Source: Spirochaetia bacterium
GTDB lineage: Bacteria > Spirochaetota > Spirochaetia > CADAEX01
Reading direction: 5' to 3'
DNA: 64,000 nt
Assembly (NCBI GenBank): GCA_963662795.1
Contig: OY759746.1
Location: 1,472,001-1,536,000 of the forward strand
In this document: piece by piece, positions 37,526-47,174 of the stretch
Position numbering within the stretch: position 1 is the first letter of the stretch
How the letters are laid out: each line of letters opens with the position of its first letter
The notes under the pieces: generated by a model
The model's database searches: none
Told to the model about the DNA's origin: nothing
Seen by the model: the letters and a program-made list of their open reading frames with translations, nothing else
Translations under genes and position numbers: made by a program

Positions 37526-38269
37526 TCAATTGATGAGGCTGAAATGGTTAAGGATATCTTCAAGTCCTTCAGCAAGGCTTTTGTCGGAACAGTAGAGGGC
37601 CGCTTTCTTTACCGCGTCCCCGGCGTTTGACGGCGCTGCGCTGAATCCTGTTTTTACCATAAACGGGATATCAACTTCTGAATCACCCACACCCAGGATG
37701 GCCTCAAGGGGAACTCCGCTCTCTCTGGAGAGGAAGTCTATCCCTTTTCCCTTGTGAAAACCTTTAGGGATAATATTAATGCTGTCGGATGAATAGATTA
37801 TATCAAAACTGCCGCAGAGCTTTCCGCCGGCTTCAAGAATCAGCTCTTTGAGGCGCGGCGTAATGCTTTTATCCCTGCTGAAAAGGCTTAATGAGTAATC
37901 CTTTCCCCCCTGCATGATTGCCTGCCCTCTTTTGACAAGGGTTCTGTTTATTATTTTTTTAAGATTTTCAAGCTCATCAAGGCAAATGAGATCAGGGTGT
38001 GCCTTAAACACATAATCTTTGGGGTTGTATAACCCGGTACCGTGTTCAAACACGGCAGGGGCGAACCCGTGAATTGCCTGAAGAAGCGATTCAACATAGG
38101 TGCCGGGCCTCCCCGTAATTACAGTAACCGGCGGAAGGCTCCGGTCAGCTGATGCCTTGTCGTTCATCTCTGCAAGGAGCTTTACTATCCTGCCGGAGTA
38201 AAAAGCCCCCTTTGATTTTGATATTACGCCGTCGATATCAAGCGCGATCAGTTTTATTGTGTTTTCCAT
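37526..38269 (-). CDS. HAD-superfamily phosphatase, subfamily IIB (Cof/SPP-like)
   Basis: LDIDGV, ITGR, KGKG, GVGDSEVD, APSNA. Confidence 0.88.
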   Translation of the reverse strand: MENTIKLIALDIDGVISKSKGAFYSGRIVKLLAEMNDKASADRSLPPVTVITGRPGTYVESLLQAIHGFAPAVFEHGTGLYNPKDYVFKAHPDLICLDELENLKKIINRTLVKRGQAIMQGGKDYSLSLFSRDKSITPRLKELILEAGGKLCGSFDIIYSSDSINIIPKGFHKGKGIDFLSRESGVPLEAILGVGDSEVDIPFMVKTGFSAAPSNAGDAVKKAALYCSDKSLAEGLEDILNHFSLIN

Positions 38270-38327
38270 AAGTATCTGCCTTTATAATCCTCTGTCCGCT
38301 GACGCTGTATTACTGTTTTTGAGCCTT

Positions 38328-39191
38328 TTATGCGTCTTCATACACTTTTGCCAGTATATCGATACTTGCGCTGAAAGCTCCCAGGATATCCTGCTCCTTA
38401 AATCTTTCAGGGCTCAGTTCAAGGTTGTAAAGCCCCCTGTACCCGCCGGCCTTAAGCAGTTTTACATTATTTAATATCGGGATTGTGCCGCAGGTAAGCG
38501 GCCAGTGGGTCGCGTCTGTTCCCGGGTAAAGATCGTGAATATGGGTGTGTATTGCCCCTTTAATAAATTCCGGAACAGGATATTCCGCAATAATGCCCCT
38601 CCCGTAATTTGACCAGGCATGCCCCATGTCCCAGCATAATCCTATACTGCCGCTGTTTGTCTCTGCAGCTGCGGAAACAAGATCCTTATAATCAACCGCC
38701 GGATCCGGGAAACCCTTGTCCCTCTGATTTTCATAGGCGATAACAACCGGCAGTTTTTTATTTTCAATTTCCCTGCAGAGGTGGCTTAATATCGATACTG
38801 ATTTTTTATAATTCTCTTCTATGCTTTTCCCTCTGGTTTTAACAGGATGCATTGTTATTACAAGCGGTTTCCCGTCAGGCTGTGAGGCGTTTTCAAGATA
38901 TGCCGGGAGCCACGGCATGCTTTGCATGATATCGAGTGAATCGTAATTTTCTTCAACTTCTCCATGTACTGTTATCTGAAAACCGGCATCGCTTACTGTT
39001 TTAAAACCCTTCCCCGCATGGGCAAGTATTTCTTCCTGCCAGTGCCTGAATTCTATTGAGGAGACTCCCTTTTCTTTCAGTGACTCCAGAAAACTACCTA
39101 TGGTGTGATTCTGTTTCTTAATAGCTGTGCTTCCTTCATCTGTATACAATCCTGAGATGAAAGGCCATGGTAAAGATACTCCAATATTCAT
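38328..39191 (-). CDS. Sugar-phosphate isomerase/epimerase, xylose-isomerase-like TIM barrel (start set at MNIGVS)
   Basis: YEN, CWDMGH, HTHIHD, THWP..G, YNLE metal ligands; AAGGGG SD before 39191. Confidence 0.82.
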   Translation of the reverse strand: MNIGVSLPWPFISGLYTDEGSTAIKKQNHTIGSFLESLKEKGVSSIEFRHWQEEILAHAGKGFKTVSDAGFQITVHGEVEENYDSLDIMQSMPWLPAYLENASQPDGKPLVITMHPVKTRGKSIEENYKKSVSILSHLCREIENKKLPVVIAYENQRDKGFPDPAVDYKDLVSAAAETNSGSIGLCWDMGHAWSNYGRGIIAEYPVPEFIKGAIHTHIHDLYPGTDATHWPLTCGTIPILNNVKLLKAGGYRGLYNLELSPERFKEQDILGAFSASIDILAKVYEDA

Positions 39192-39220
39192 ATATACCCC
39201 TTTCTTATATACTGATAATA

Positions 39221-39301
39221 TGTAATAAATCTTGCAAAATGTCATCACTAAAAACCTGTAATGAAAATATAATTGCATTTATGACATAATAATTATATAA
39301 T
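39221..39301. promoter_or_regulatory. Divergent promoter region with two candidate RpiR operators
   Basis: TGTAA-N6-TTGCA (39221-36) and TGAAA-N6-TTGCA (39262-77); TTGCAT, 17 bp, TATAAT (39273-39301). Confidence 0.55.
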
Positions 39302-39322
39302 TGGGAAAAAGGAGCATGTATC

Positions 39323-40231
39323 ATGAACTGCTATAAAAAGATTTTAAATACCTATGATTCTCTCCCGAAACAGCAGAAAAAGATCGCAGATTACATCGTG
39401 TTAAATATCAACGAAGTTGTGTTTTTTTCAATAACAATGCTCGCTTCAGAGCTCAGTGTAAGTGAAGCCACTATTGTCAGGTTTGCCCAGAATCTGGGTT
39501 ACAAGGGTTTTCCGGAACTTAAAAAAGACCTTGTCCATTATTATCAGAATTATCTGACTCCGGGCGAAAGGCTTAAAAATTCAATTGAGATCCTCGCGGG
39601 CGGGGCTTTCTCGTTTGAAAAGGCGATGAGACACGAACTTAAATGCCTTGAAGAGACAATTGATACTGTCAACGCCTCAATGTTTACAGATATTGTAGAT
39701 TCAATCTGTAAAAAGGATAAAATTTTTATTTTCGGGTTGGGTCTCAGCAACGAACCGATAGTAAATTATCTCTCATTCCGCCTTCGGAGATTCGGCCTTG
39801 ATGTCAGGGATGCGCCCCATTCGGGCAGCAATATGATGGAGTGCATTCCTTCAATCAGAAAAAATGATCTTGTAATAATCTATCAGTTCCTTAAAGCCTC
39901 CCCCGACTACTACAGCCTTACCAATGCACTCCAGAGCACCGGCGCTACCCTGTTTCTTATTACTGACAATAAAAAACTGGATCTTGTAAAAGCGGTCGAC
40001 AAGGTAATTACTGTTAACCGCGGTCCGGTTGAAAATTATCATACGCTTACTGTCCCCTTTACCGTTACAAGCGCGATTATTCTCGGTGTTGCTGAAAAAA
40101 TGGGTGATAAGGCTATTGATTTTACATCAAAGATAGGTCAGCTGCGGCGCGGATACTATCAAAGCATGCATGAGGCATTTCTGCCCTACAATAAGGGAGA
40201 AATTATAAAAGAAGATGTTAAGGAGGATTAA
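39323..40231 (+). CDS. RpiR/MurR family transcriptional regulator (HTH plus SIS)
   Basis: KKIADYI, SEATIVRFAQNLGYKGFPELK, IFIFGLG, LITD. Confidence 0.93.
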   Translation: MNCYKKILNTYDSLPKQQKKIADYIVLNINEVVFFSITMLASELSVSEATIVRFAQNLGYKGFPELKKDLVHYYQNYLTPGERLKNSIEILAGGAFSFEKAMRHELKCLEETIDTVNASMFTDIVDSICKKDKIFIFGLGLSNEPIVNYLSFRLRRFGLDVRDAPHSGSNMMECIPSIRKNDLVIIYQFLKASPDYYSLTNALQSTGATLFLITDNKKLDLVKAVDKVITVNRGPVENYHTLTVPFTVTSAIILGVAEKMGDKAIDFTSKIGQLRRGYYQSMHEAFLPYNKGEIIKEDVKED

Positions 40232-41556
40232 TGGGTATTGTAAAGGCAAATGATATCAGGGGTATATATCCGGATGAGCTGAATGAAGAGACAGCCTGGA
40301 GGATCGGATTTTACCTTAAGGAAGTATTAGGCTGTAAAAAGATTCTCATAGGAAGAGACGGCCGGAGATCCTCAGATATTCTATTCAGTTCGCTTTGCGC
40401 CGGCATAACAGCGTCAGGTGCGGATGCTGTTTCAATCGGCAGGTGCGATACCCCTGCTGTATATTTTGCGACAGCCGGATATGGATTTGAAGGGAGTGTT
40501 ATGATAACGGCTTCCCATAATCCGCCGCACTACAACGGATTCAAGATTTCCGGAAAAGATTCAGTTCCGGTCGGGAAAGAAGACGGGCTTAACGTTCTGG
40601 GCGAATTGATCAGGGTAAAACCTGCTGCTTCTGCAGGAAAGGGGACAATCACAGAACTCGATATTACGGAAGATTATATAAATCATGCAGTCAGATTTGC
40701 CAAAGTGGAAAAACCCCTTAAGGTTGTTGTCGACTGCTCACAGGGTGCTGCCTGCTTTTTCGGGAAAAAAATACTCGCTGGTGTCGCATCTGAATTTATC
40801 TATATTTTTGATGAGCCGGACGGTTCTTTCTCTCTCCATGATCCTAATCCGCTTAAAAAAAGTGTCCATGAAATTGTTGCGCAGGCAGTAATCAGGGAAA
40901 ACGCCGATTTCGGAGTCTGTTTTGACGGAGATGCTGACAGGGCTGTTTTTTTTGATGAGAAAGGCCGTTTTATCTCGCCTGACATTATTACATCATTTTT
41001 TGCATCCTACTACTCGGGCGCGGAAAAAGGGTGGAAAGCTTTTTACGATGTCAGATCATCAAATTGTGTACGGGAATATATAGAAAAAAACGGCGGTGAG
41101 GCATCAGCCTGCAGGACCGGGCATTCCCATATAAAAAAAATAATGAAAGAAAGCAATGCGGTTTTTGCAGGAGAGCTTTCAGGCCATTATTATTTCAGGG
41201 ACAACTTTTTCTGCGATTCCGGGTTCATTGCTTTTCTTATAGTGCTTTCCGCCCTTTCCTCCCAGGAAAAAAAATTAAGCGCTCTTTTAAGCGATATAAA
41301 TCCTTACAGTTTTTCGGGTGAAATTAATTTTGAGGTAAGTGATATAGAGCAGGCAATAAAAAGGATCGGGGAGCACTACAGTCATGGGAAGATTGATACG
41401 ACAGAAGGCTTAAGAATTAATTTTGATGACTGGTGGTTTATTGTAAGACAGTCCACAGCAGAGCCTGTCCTGAGGCTTGTGGTTGAGGCGGACAATGATG
41501 AAATAATGAAAAAACATATAAGCGGTATAACTGATGTTATTAAAAACAGGGGATAA
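40231..41556 (+). CDS. Phosphomannomutase/phosphoglucomutase (paralog 1)
   Basis: ANDIRG, TASHNP, FDGDADR, GELSGH, RQSTAEPVLR. Confidence 0.93.
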   Translation: MGIVKANDIRGIYPDELNEETAWRIGFYLKEVLGCKKILIGRDGRRSSDILFSSLCAGITASGADAVSIGRCDTPAVYFATAGYGFEGSVMITASHNPPHYNGFKISGKDSVPVGKEDGLNVLGELIRVKPAASAGKGTITELDITEDYINHAVRFAKVEKPLKVVVDCSQGAACFFGKKILAGVASEFIYIFDEPDGSFSLHDPNPLKKSVHEIVAQAVIRENADFGVCFDGDADRAVFFDEKGRFISPDIITSFFASYYSGAEKGWKAFYDVRSSNCVREYIEKNGGEASACRTGHSHIKKIMKESNAVFAGELSGHYYFRDNFFCDSGFIAFLIVLSALSSQEKKLSALLSDINPYSFSGEINFEVSDIEQAIKRIGEHYSHGKIDTTEGLRINFDDWWFIVRQSTAEPVLRLVVEADNDEIMKKHISGITDVIKNRG

Positions 41557-41559
41557 AAA

Positions 41560-41601
41560 ATTTAATATGATATGAAAGATTATTTTCATATCATATTAAA
41601 T
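41560..41601. repeat. Perfect 18-bp inverted repeat with 6-nt spacer
   Basis: ATTTAATATGATATGAAA-GATTAT-TTTCATATCATATTAAAT. Confidence 0.9.
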
Positions 41602-41614
41602 ATGAAAATAATTG

Positions 41615-41666
41615 TTTACAAAAGAAAATAATTGCTCTATAATTTACAAAAGAAAATTATTTTACA
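41615..41666 (+). promoter_or_regulatory. Sigma70-type promoter with adjacent candidate operator
   Basis: TTTACA (41615-20), 17 bp, TATAAT (41638-43); AGAAA-N6-TTACA at 41651-66; TTTACAAAAGAAAAT occurs twice. Confidence 0.6.
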
Positions 41667-41906
41667 TGATGGAAATAATCAGAAAGATTATTTGTATTTG
41701 GCAGTTTACTTTGTTGTCCGTTTTTTCTCTTTTATCAGCGGAGCCCCGGGGTAAAATGCAGTATTTCTGATAAACCATCAAACATGGCTGAAAACTTCAC
41801 AATTGTAAAACATCAGCCTGAAGAGGAATACCGGGAAGCTGTAAAAGTTGAAGAAACGGTGCTGTATATTCCACTTCATCATAGGTAAATAAATTTTGGA
41901 GGAGCC

Positions 41907-42698
41907 GTGTCTCTTAAAGCTATTTTTTTTGATTTCGGAGGAACCCTGGATCTTTATCCGGATGTTCCCGAAAAAAGTGCTGCCGCTGCCGGGAAGATGC
42001 TTGATCTTCTGGAATCCGCGGGCCTTGATATGAAAAACAGATTCAGCAATGAAGAATTTTATCATTTTGTCAGGGATAAAAACAGGGAGTATAAAAAGTG
42101 GAAAGACGAAACCCTGATCGAACTTCCGGAGAAAAAAGTCTGGAAAGATTATATTCTCTGCAATGAGTCAAGGAAGGAGCTTCTGGACTGCAATACCGTA
42201 AGGGAACTTACATATCTGATGGACAATGGTTTTCATTCAAGACATGTGAGACCCGAGGCTAAGGAGGCCCTTGAAATCCTGAAACAATACGGACTTGTCA
42301 TGGGAATAATCAGCAATGTCCTAAGTTCCCTCCAGGTACCCAGAGATCTGGAACGTTATGGGTTAGCGGATTTTTTTAATCCTGTTGTAACATCAGCTGA
42401 TTTTGGCAGAGTAAAACCCCATTCTTCAATTTTTTCTCATGCAGTCGAAGCAGCCGGCCTTGAGGCCAGTGAATGTGTTTATGTCGGCAACAGTCCCGTG
42501 AGTGACATACAGGGAGCAAAGGATGCCGGTTTTAAGGCCGCTGTTTTGATCAATTATGAACATACTCCGCTGCGCGACAGAATGACACATGTGAAACCTG
42601 ATTATTATATTGAGAATCTGCTTGAGCTTCCCGCTATAATCGGAATGCTGCTGGAAGAAGGTTCTTTTATTAATCCGGTTTGCCGCGCGAAAAAATAA
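41907..42698 (+). CDS. HAD-superfamily hydrolase, subfamily IA
   Basis: FFDFGGTL, ISN, KPH..IF, VGNSPVSD; GTG start with GGAGGAG SD. Confidence 0.9.
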   Translation: MSLKAIFFDFGGTLDLYPDVPEKSAAAAGKMLDLLESAGLDMKNRFSNEEFYHFVRDKNREYKKWKDETLIELPEKKVWKDYILCNESRKELLDCNTVRELTYLMDNGFHSRHVRPEAKEALEILKQYGLVMGIISNVLSSLQVPRDLERYGLADFFNPVVTSADFGRVKPHSSIFSHAVEAAGLEASECVYVGNSPVSDIQGAKDAGFKAAVLINYEHTPLRDRMTHVKPDYYIENLLELPAIIGMLLEEGSFINPVCRAKK

Positions 42699-42728
42699 AG
42701 CGGTGAAATATTTTTTATGTAGTTAATT

Positions 42729-42765
42729 ATCCGGCTGAAATATCTTACTGCTGTTTCAGCCGGAT
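42729..42765 (+). repeat. Intergenic 12-bp inverted repeat (RNA hairpin)
   Basis: ATCCGGCTGAAA...TTTCAGCCGGAT with no U-tract. Confidence 0.6.
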
Positions 42766-42811
42766 CTGATATTACAGTTAAATAGCCTGGGAAAGGAGTT
42801 GCTGAATAAAT

Positions 42812-43900
42812 ATGGCAAATAAAGTTAAACTGAAAATTGAAAACCTGTCCAAGATATGGGGGGATGTAAAGGCAATAGACAATATTTCAATGGAAATTGA
42901 GGAAGGAAGTTTTTTAACACTGCTCGGCCCTTCCGGCTGCGGTAAAACAACAACTTTAAGATCTATCGCCGGGCTTGAAGAGCCTACTAACGGTAAAATA
43001 TTTATTAATAATAAACTTGTTTATTCAAAAAAAGAAGAAATTGTTGTTGAGCCGGTAAAGAGGGATATTGGACTGATTTTTCAGTCTTATGCCCTTTGGC
43101 CGCACATGACAGTCTACGACAATATTGCTTTCAGCCTTTTATTGAAAAAAATTCCCAAAGACGAAGTAAGCAGAAGAGTCAACGCTATGCTCAGGAATGT
43201 TCATCTGGAAGAACTCGGCGGACGGTTCCCGAATGAACTTTCAGGAGGACAGCAGCAGAGGGTCGCTATAGCGAGAATGCTGATTACATCACCTGACATT
43301 TTTCTTATGGATGAGCCGCTTTCAAATCTTGACGCAAAGCTCAGAATGGGGATGAGGAGCGAATTAAAGAGACTCCACCAGGAGTCGGGCGCTACAACTG
43401 TATATGTTACACATGACCAGGAAGAGGCAATGACAATGTCTACCCATATCTGTGTAATGAAAGACGGTGTAATCAGGCAGCTGGATTCACCTGAGACGCT
43501 TTACAGAAAGCCCGCAGATCTTTTTGTGGCTGATTTTATCAGCAACCCCAAGATGAATTTTTATGATGCTGTTGCAGCACGGGAAAATGGAAAGACTTAT
43601 ATTTCTTTTGCGGGTTTCAGGATTAATGTTGATTCCGGTCTTATCGGAGAGAGAAAAGAAGTAAAAGTTGCGGTACGGCCTGAAGATTATATCCTGGACC
43701 CGAATGGTTCTGATTTCAGGGTTATAACACAGCTCCCGACAGGCCCTGATCAGATACTGAACCTTGAAAAGGATGGCCTTTCCACAACCATGGTTTCTCC
43801 GGATTACATTAAGGTTAATCCGGGTGAAAATATCAGAATCGGAATCAGGGAAGGGGTATACAACCTGTTTGATACTTCAACTGAAAAAAGAATTTATTAG
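42812..43900 (+). CDS. MalK/PotA-type ABC ATP-binding protein
   Basis: GPSGCGKT, FQSYALWPHM, LSGGQQQR, DEPLSNLDAKLR, VTHDQ, C-terminal TOBE with RPE. Confidence 0.94.
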   Translation: MANKVKLKIENLSKIWGDVKAIDNISMEIEEGSFLTLLGPSGCGKTTTLRSIAGLEEPTNGKIFINNKLVYSKKEEIVVEPVKRDIGLIFQSYALWPHMTVYDNIAFSLLLKKIPKDEVSRRVNAMLRNVHLEELGGRFPNELSGGQQQRVAIARMLITSPDIFLMDEPLSNLDAKLRMGMRSELKRLHQESGATTVYVTHDQEEAMTMSTHICVMKDGVIRQLDSPETLYRKPADLFVADFISNPKMNFYDAVAARENGKTYISFAGFRINVDSGLIGERKEVKVAVRPEDYILDPNGSDFRVITQLPTGPDQILNLEKDGLSTTMVSPDYIKVNPGENIRIGIREGVYNLFDTSTEKRIY

Positions 43901-43984
43901 AGATATTTATTTATTCCAGGATAAATTTGAAAACAGCCGGCAGAATGTTTTGTATTGCCGCAAATAAATTTTCGGAGAAATATT

Positions 43985-45337
43985 TTGGGTGTTTTTAACG
44001 CAAATGACATCAGAGGGATCTTTGATAAAGAGTGGGACCTTACTACAGCATACAGAATCGGTTATTTTCTCCCTGAGATCCTTGACTCTGATATCATAGT
44101 TGTAGGCCGTGATGCGCGCCTTACCTCGGGACAAATCTTTGATCATCTCTGCAGCGGGATAAACGACGCGGGAGCTGATGTAATTGATATCGGCCTCTGC
44201 GATACTCCTGCCATGTATTTTACTGTCGGAATGTACGGGTTTGGAGGGGGAGCCATGATTACAGCTTCACACAATCCTGCTGAATATAATGGAATTAAAA
44301 TTGTAAGAAAAGGACCGACGGCCATAGGTTATAAAGACGGAATTGCTGAGCTGGAGAAAATGGTAAATGAGAGCAAGGAACGTGAACCGGATAAAAAAAA
44401 GAAGAAAGGCCGGATAGTCTTTAAAAATATTGAAAAAGACTATATCAGTTTTTATTCTGAATATACAAAAAATATAGGTAATCTTAAAATTGTTGTGGAC
44501 TGTTCAAACGGCAGCGCAGGTGTTTACGGAAGAAAAATTCTTGCAGGAAGCAATGTGAATGCTGTTTATATTAACGAAAAACCTGACGGACACTTCCCCG
44601 GACACGGTCCTGACCCCATGAAAAGTGAAAACCTTGCGCAGCTCTCTGAATCTGTAAAAAATGAGAAAGCGGATATCGGACTCTGTTTTGACGGAGATGC
44701 TGACCGTGTTGTTTTTATTGATGAGAACGGAAATCCGGTCTCTCCTGATATGATAATTGCGATTCTGGGTAAATATTTTTTAAAGAACGGAAAAGAGACA
44801 ATACTGTATGATCTAAGATGTTCAAACGGTATTGCCGAGTTTATTTCCGAATGCGGCGGAGAAGCTGTAATGTGTCCTGTCGGGCATGTATTTTTAAAGA
44901 AAAAATTAAAAGAAACGGGAAGCGCTTTCGGTGGTGAACTTGCCGGGCACTATTATTTCCGAGACTTCTTTTTCTGCGATTCAGGATGGATGACAGCGCT
45001 CCTTGTACTGAGCGTTCTTTCGAAGATTGACGGAGGGGAGAAGCTGTCAGACATGGTAAGCACCATTAGAAAATATTATTTTTCAGGAGAACTCAACTTT
45101 CCGGTAAACGGAGGGGACAGGGAAAGTCTTTATTCCATGCTTAAGGAAAAATATAAAGATGGAGTAAAAAATGAAATCGACGGCATACGAATTGATTATC
45201 CCGACTGGTGGTTTGTTGTAAGGAGATCTACCAATGAACCGCTTGTAAGACTGATTGTTGAAACAAAAACAGAAAATGAGCTCGAAAACAGAATTAAAGA
45301 GCTTGCCGGATTGATCCAGACTTCAGGCAGCAAATAG
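43985..45337 (+). CDS. Phosphomannomutase/phosphoglucomutase (paralog 2; TTG start after GGAGA)
   Basis: FNANDIRG, TASHNP, FDGDADR, GELAGH, RRSTNEPLVR. Confidence 0.93.
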   Translation: MGVFNANDIRGIFDKEWDLTTAYRIGYFLPEILDSDIIVVGRDARLTSGQIFDHLCSGINDAGADVIDIGLCDTPAMYFTVGMYGFGGGAMITASHNPAEYNGIKIVRKGPTAIGYKDGIAELEKMVNESKEREPDKKKKKGRIVFKNIEKDYISFYSEYTKNIGNLKIVVDCSNGSAGVYGRKILAGSNVNAVYINEKPDGHFPGHGPDPMKSENLAQLSESVKNEKADIGLCFDGDADRVVFIDENGNPVSPDMIIAILGKYFLKNGKETILYDLRCSNGIAEFISECGGEAVMCPVGHVFLKKKLKETGSAFGGELAGHYYFRDFFFCDSGWMTALLVLSVLSKIDGGEKLSDMVSTIRKYYFSGELNFPVNGGDRESLYSMLKEKYKDGVKNEIDGIRIDYPDWWFVVRRSTNEPLVRLIVETKTENELENRIKELAGLIQTSGSK

Positions 45338-45353
45338 AAAAGGCAGGTACGGA

Positions 45354-46109
45354 ATGACTAACGTAAAAACTGATGTGTCGGAAATTGATTTTATTTTTTT
45401 TGACAAAGGCGGGACTTTAAGTTATCAGGAACCGCATGAAGACGGAGGGGTAGCAGCGGCGAAAGAGATAATGGATTTTCTCGGATATAAGGGCGACCCG
45501 TCAGAGTTCCGGAAGATGCTTAAGGAACGGGACAAAAAATACAAGAATTGGTCTCTTGAATCATGCTGTGAAGAAACAGTCGAGAATATGTGCGTGAAAT
45601 GGTATTTTTATGACGCACCGGATTTAACAAAAGCGGCTGATAACGCGGACAGGCTTATTAGAATGAATTCCTATGTCAAGGGCGAGAGAATAATGCATGC
45701 TGAGGCCGCCCCTCTTTTAAAAACACTTAGGGAAAGAGGTTACAGGGTGGGCCTAATAAGCAATACCGTAAGTCCTACAATGGTCCCTGAAGAGCTGAAG
45801 GAAGCGGGTATTTTTGATGGCCTTGAAGTTGTTATATTGTCATCTGTCGAAAGACTGCGCAAACCGGACCCGGCGATTTTTCTTCTTGCGTGCGAGAGGG
45901 CAGGTGTTGCCCCTGAAAAATGTGCCTACATCGGAGATGCCCCGAACCGGGATGTCGAAGGACCGAGAAGGGCGGGTTTTGCATCTGTAGTAATAATAAG
46001 CGGCAAAAACTATAATCCTGAATCTGATAAAGGGGCTCTGAGAGAGCCGGACGTTGTAGTTGCAAATCTTGCCGGTCTTTATGAAGTTTTCCCGGAAAAA
46101 AGGGGTTAG
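45354..46109 (+). CDS. HAD-superfamily hydrolase, subfamily IA (paralog of 41907)
   Basis: FFDKGGTL, ISN, RKPDPAIF, IGDAPNRD. Confidence 0.9.
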   Translation: MTNVKTDVSEIDFIFFDKGGTLSYQEPHEDGGVAAAKEIMDFLGYKGDPSEFRKMLKERDKKYKNWSLESCCEETVENMCVKWYFYDAPDLTKAADNADRLIRMNSYVKGERIMHAEAAPLLKTLRERGYRVGLISNTVSPTMVPEELKEAGIFDGLEVVILSSVERLRKPDPAIFLLACERAGVAPEKCAYIGDAPNRDVEGPRRAGFASVVIISGKNYNPESDKGALREPDVVVANLAGLYEVFPEKRG

Positions 46110-46115
46110 CCAGAT

Positions 46116-47174
46116 ATGAGAGACGGAGGATTGGAAATGAAGAGCAGAAGAATAACAGACTGCCGCTTTACCGGAGCGTGGATGACAGATATTGATGACA
46201 CAATAATCAGGTCAGGTGAAATGCCGGATGAAAACTGGGTTAAATGGATCTCTTCCAGAATTGAAAAATTAAACAGCCATAACATTTTGTGGATACCTAT
46301 GAGCGGTGTAGCCCTTGTAAAACTGGGACCCAGGATCCTTTACCGGCTGCCTGAAAACATACTTGATTCAGTCCTTTATTACGGCGGAGACGGAAGCCAG
46401 AAATACTATTTTGATAAGGCAGCCGGAAAATGGGCGGAAGACCTCGACTACAAAAGGGTGTTCACGGATGAACAGGCCCTTGCAGTAATAGGAAAGGATG
46501 AGTTTCTGAAAACAGTTCATGATGAAGGGCGGTATGAAAAGGCGGCCTCTGCACTTGCTGAAGGAAGATTTAAATCAGAAAACGGAATACTTGACACAAT
46601 GAAAAAGATGCTTTCCGATAACGGCTATGATCCGGACCTTTCTGAGACATACTTCCGCGGAGGCTCTGTGAGCTGGATGATGCTGGGAGATATATCTGCC
46701 GAACCCTATAAAACAGAGAAAGCGGCAGAGGTCAGAAGGAAACTTATTGAATACGCGGAAAAGACCCTTGAGGAAGAAGGTTTCCTTAAGCGTTTTGGAA
46801 AAGAGGGGATAAATATTCCATTTCACGGGGCCCGCGGGATAAAATTTGTTATGATGGGCAACGACAAGGAAAGAGGAACGCGTGACCTGGTGGAAAAGGA
46901 AGGGATAAAGCCTGAAAACATTGTATTTGCGGGAAACGAACTTTTCGCTGGCGGAAACGATAACATGATCAGGAAAGTAAAGGGTGTGACCATATTGTCT
47001 GTAGGTGAAAAGACAGATCCGGGAGAGCATGTGATAGCTGCGGGGGAGGGGATTGAAGCGAACAACCTGTGGCTTGATGAGATATGCGGTTCACTTGACA
47101 GGGGTGAGAAATGGGAAGATATTTTTGCAGCCATAAGAATCCAGGGAAAAAAATGGATAGGAAATAAATTATGA
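46116..47174 (+). CDS. HAD-IIB enzyme resembling HAD-type phosphomannomutases
   Basis: TDIDDT motif I, MSG motif II, NDK, FAGNELFAGGND motif IV. The start may be at MKSRR. Confidence 0.65.
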   Translation: MRDGGLEMKSRRITDCRFTGAWMTDIDDTIIRSGEMPDENWVKWISSRIEKLNSHNILWIPMSGVALVKLGPRILYRLPENILDSVLYYGGDGSQKYYFDKAAGKWAEDLDYKRVFTDEQALAVIGKDEFLKTVHDEGRYEKAASALAEGRFKSENGILDTMKKMLSDNGYDPDLSETYFRGGSVSWMMLGDISAEPYKTEKAAEVRRKLIEYAEKTLEEEGFLKRFGKEGINIPFHGARGIKFVMMGNDKERGTRDLVEKEGIKPENIVFAGNELFAGGNDNMIRKVKGVTILSVGEKTDPGEHVIAAGEGIEANNLWLDEICGSLDRGEKWEDIFAAIRIQGKKWIGNKL

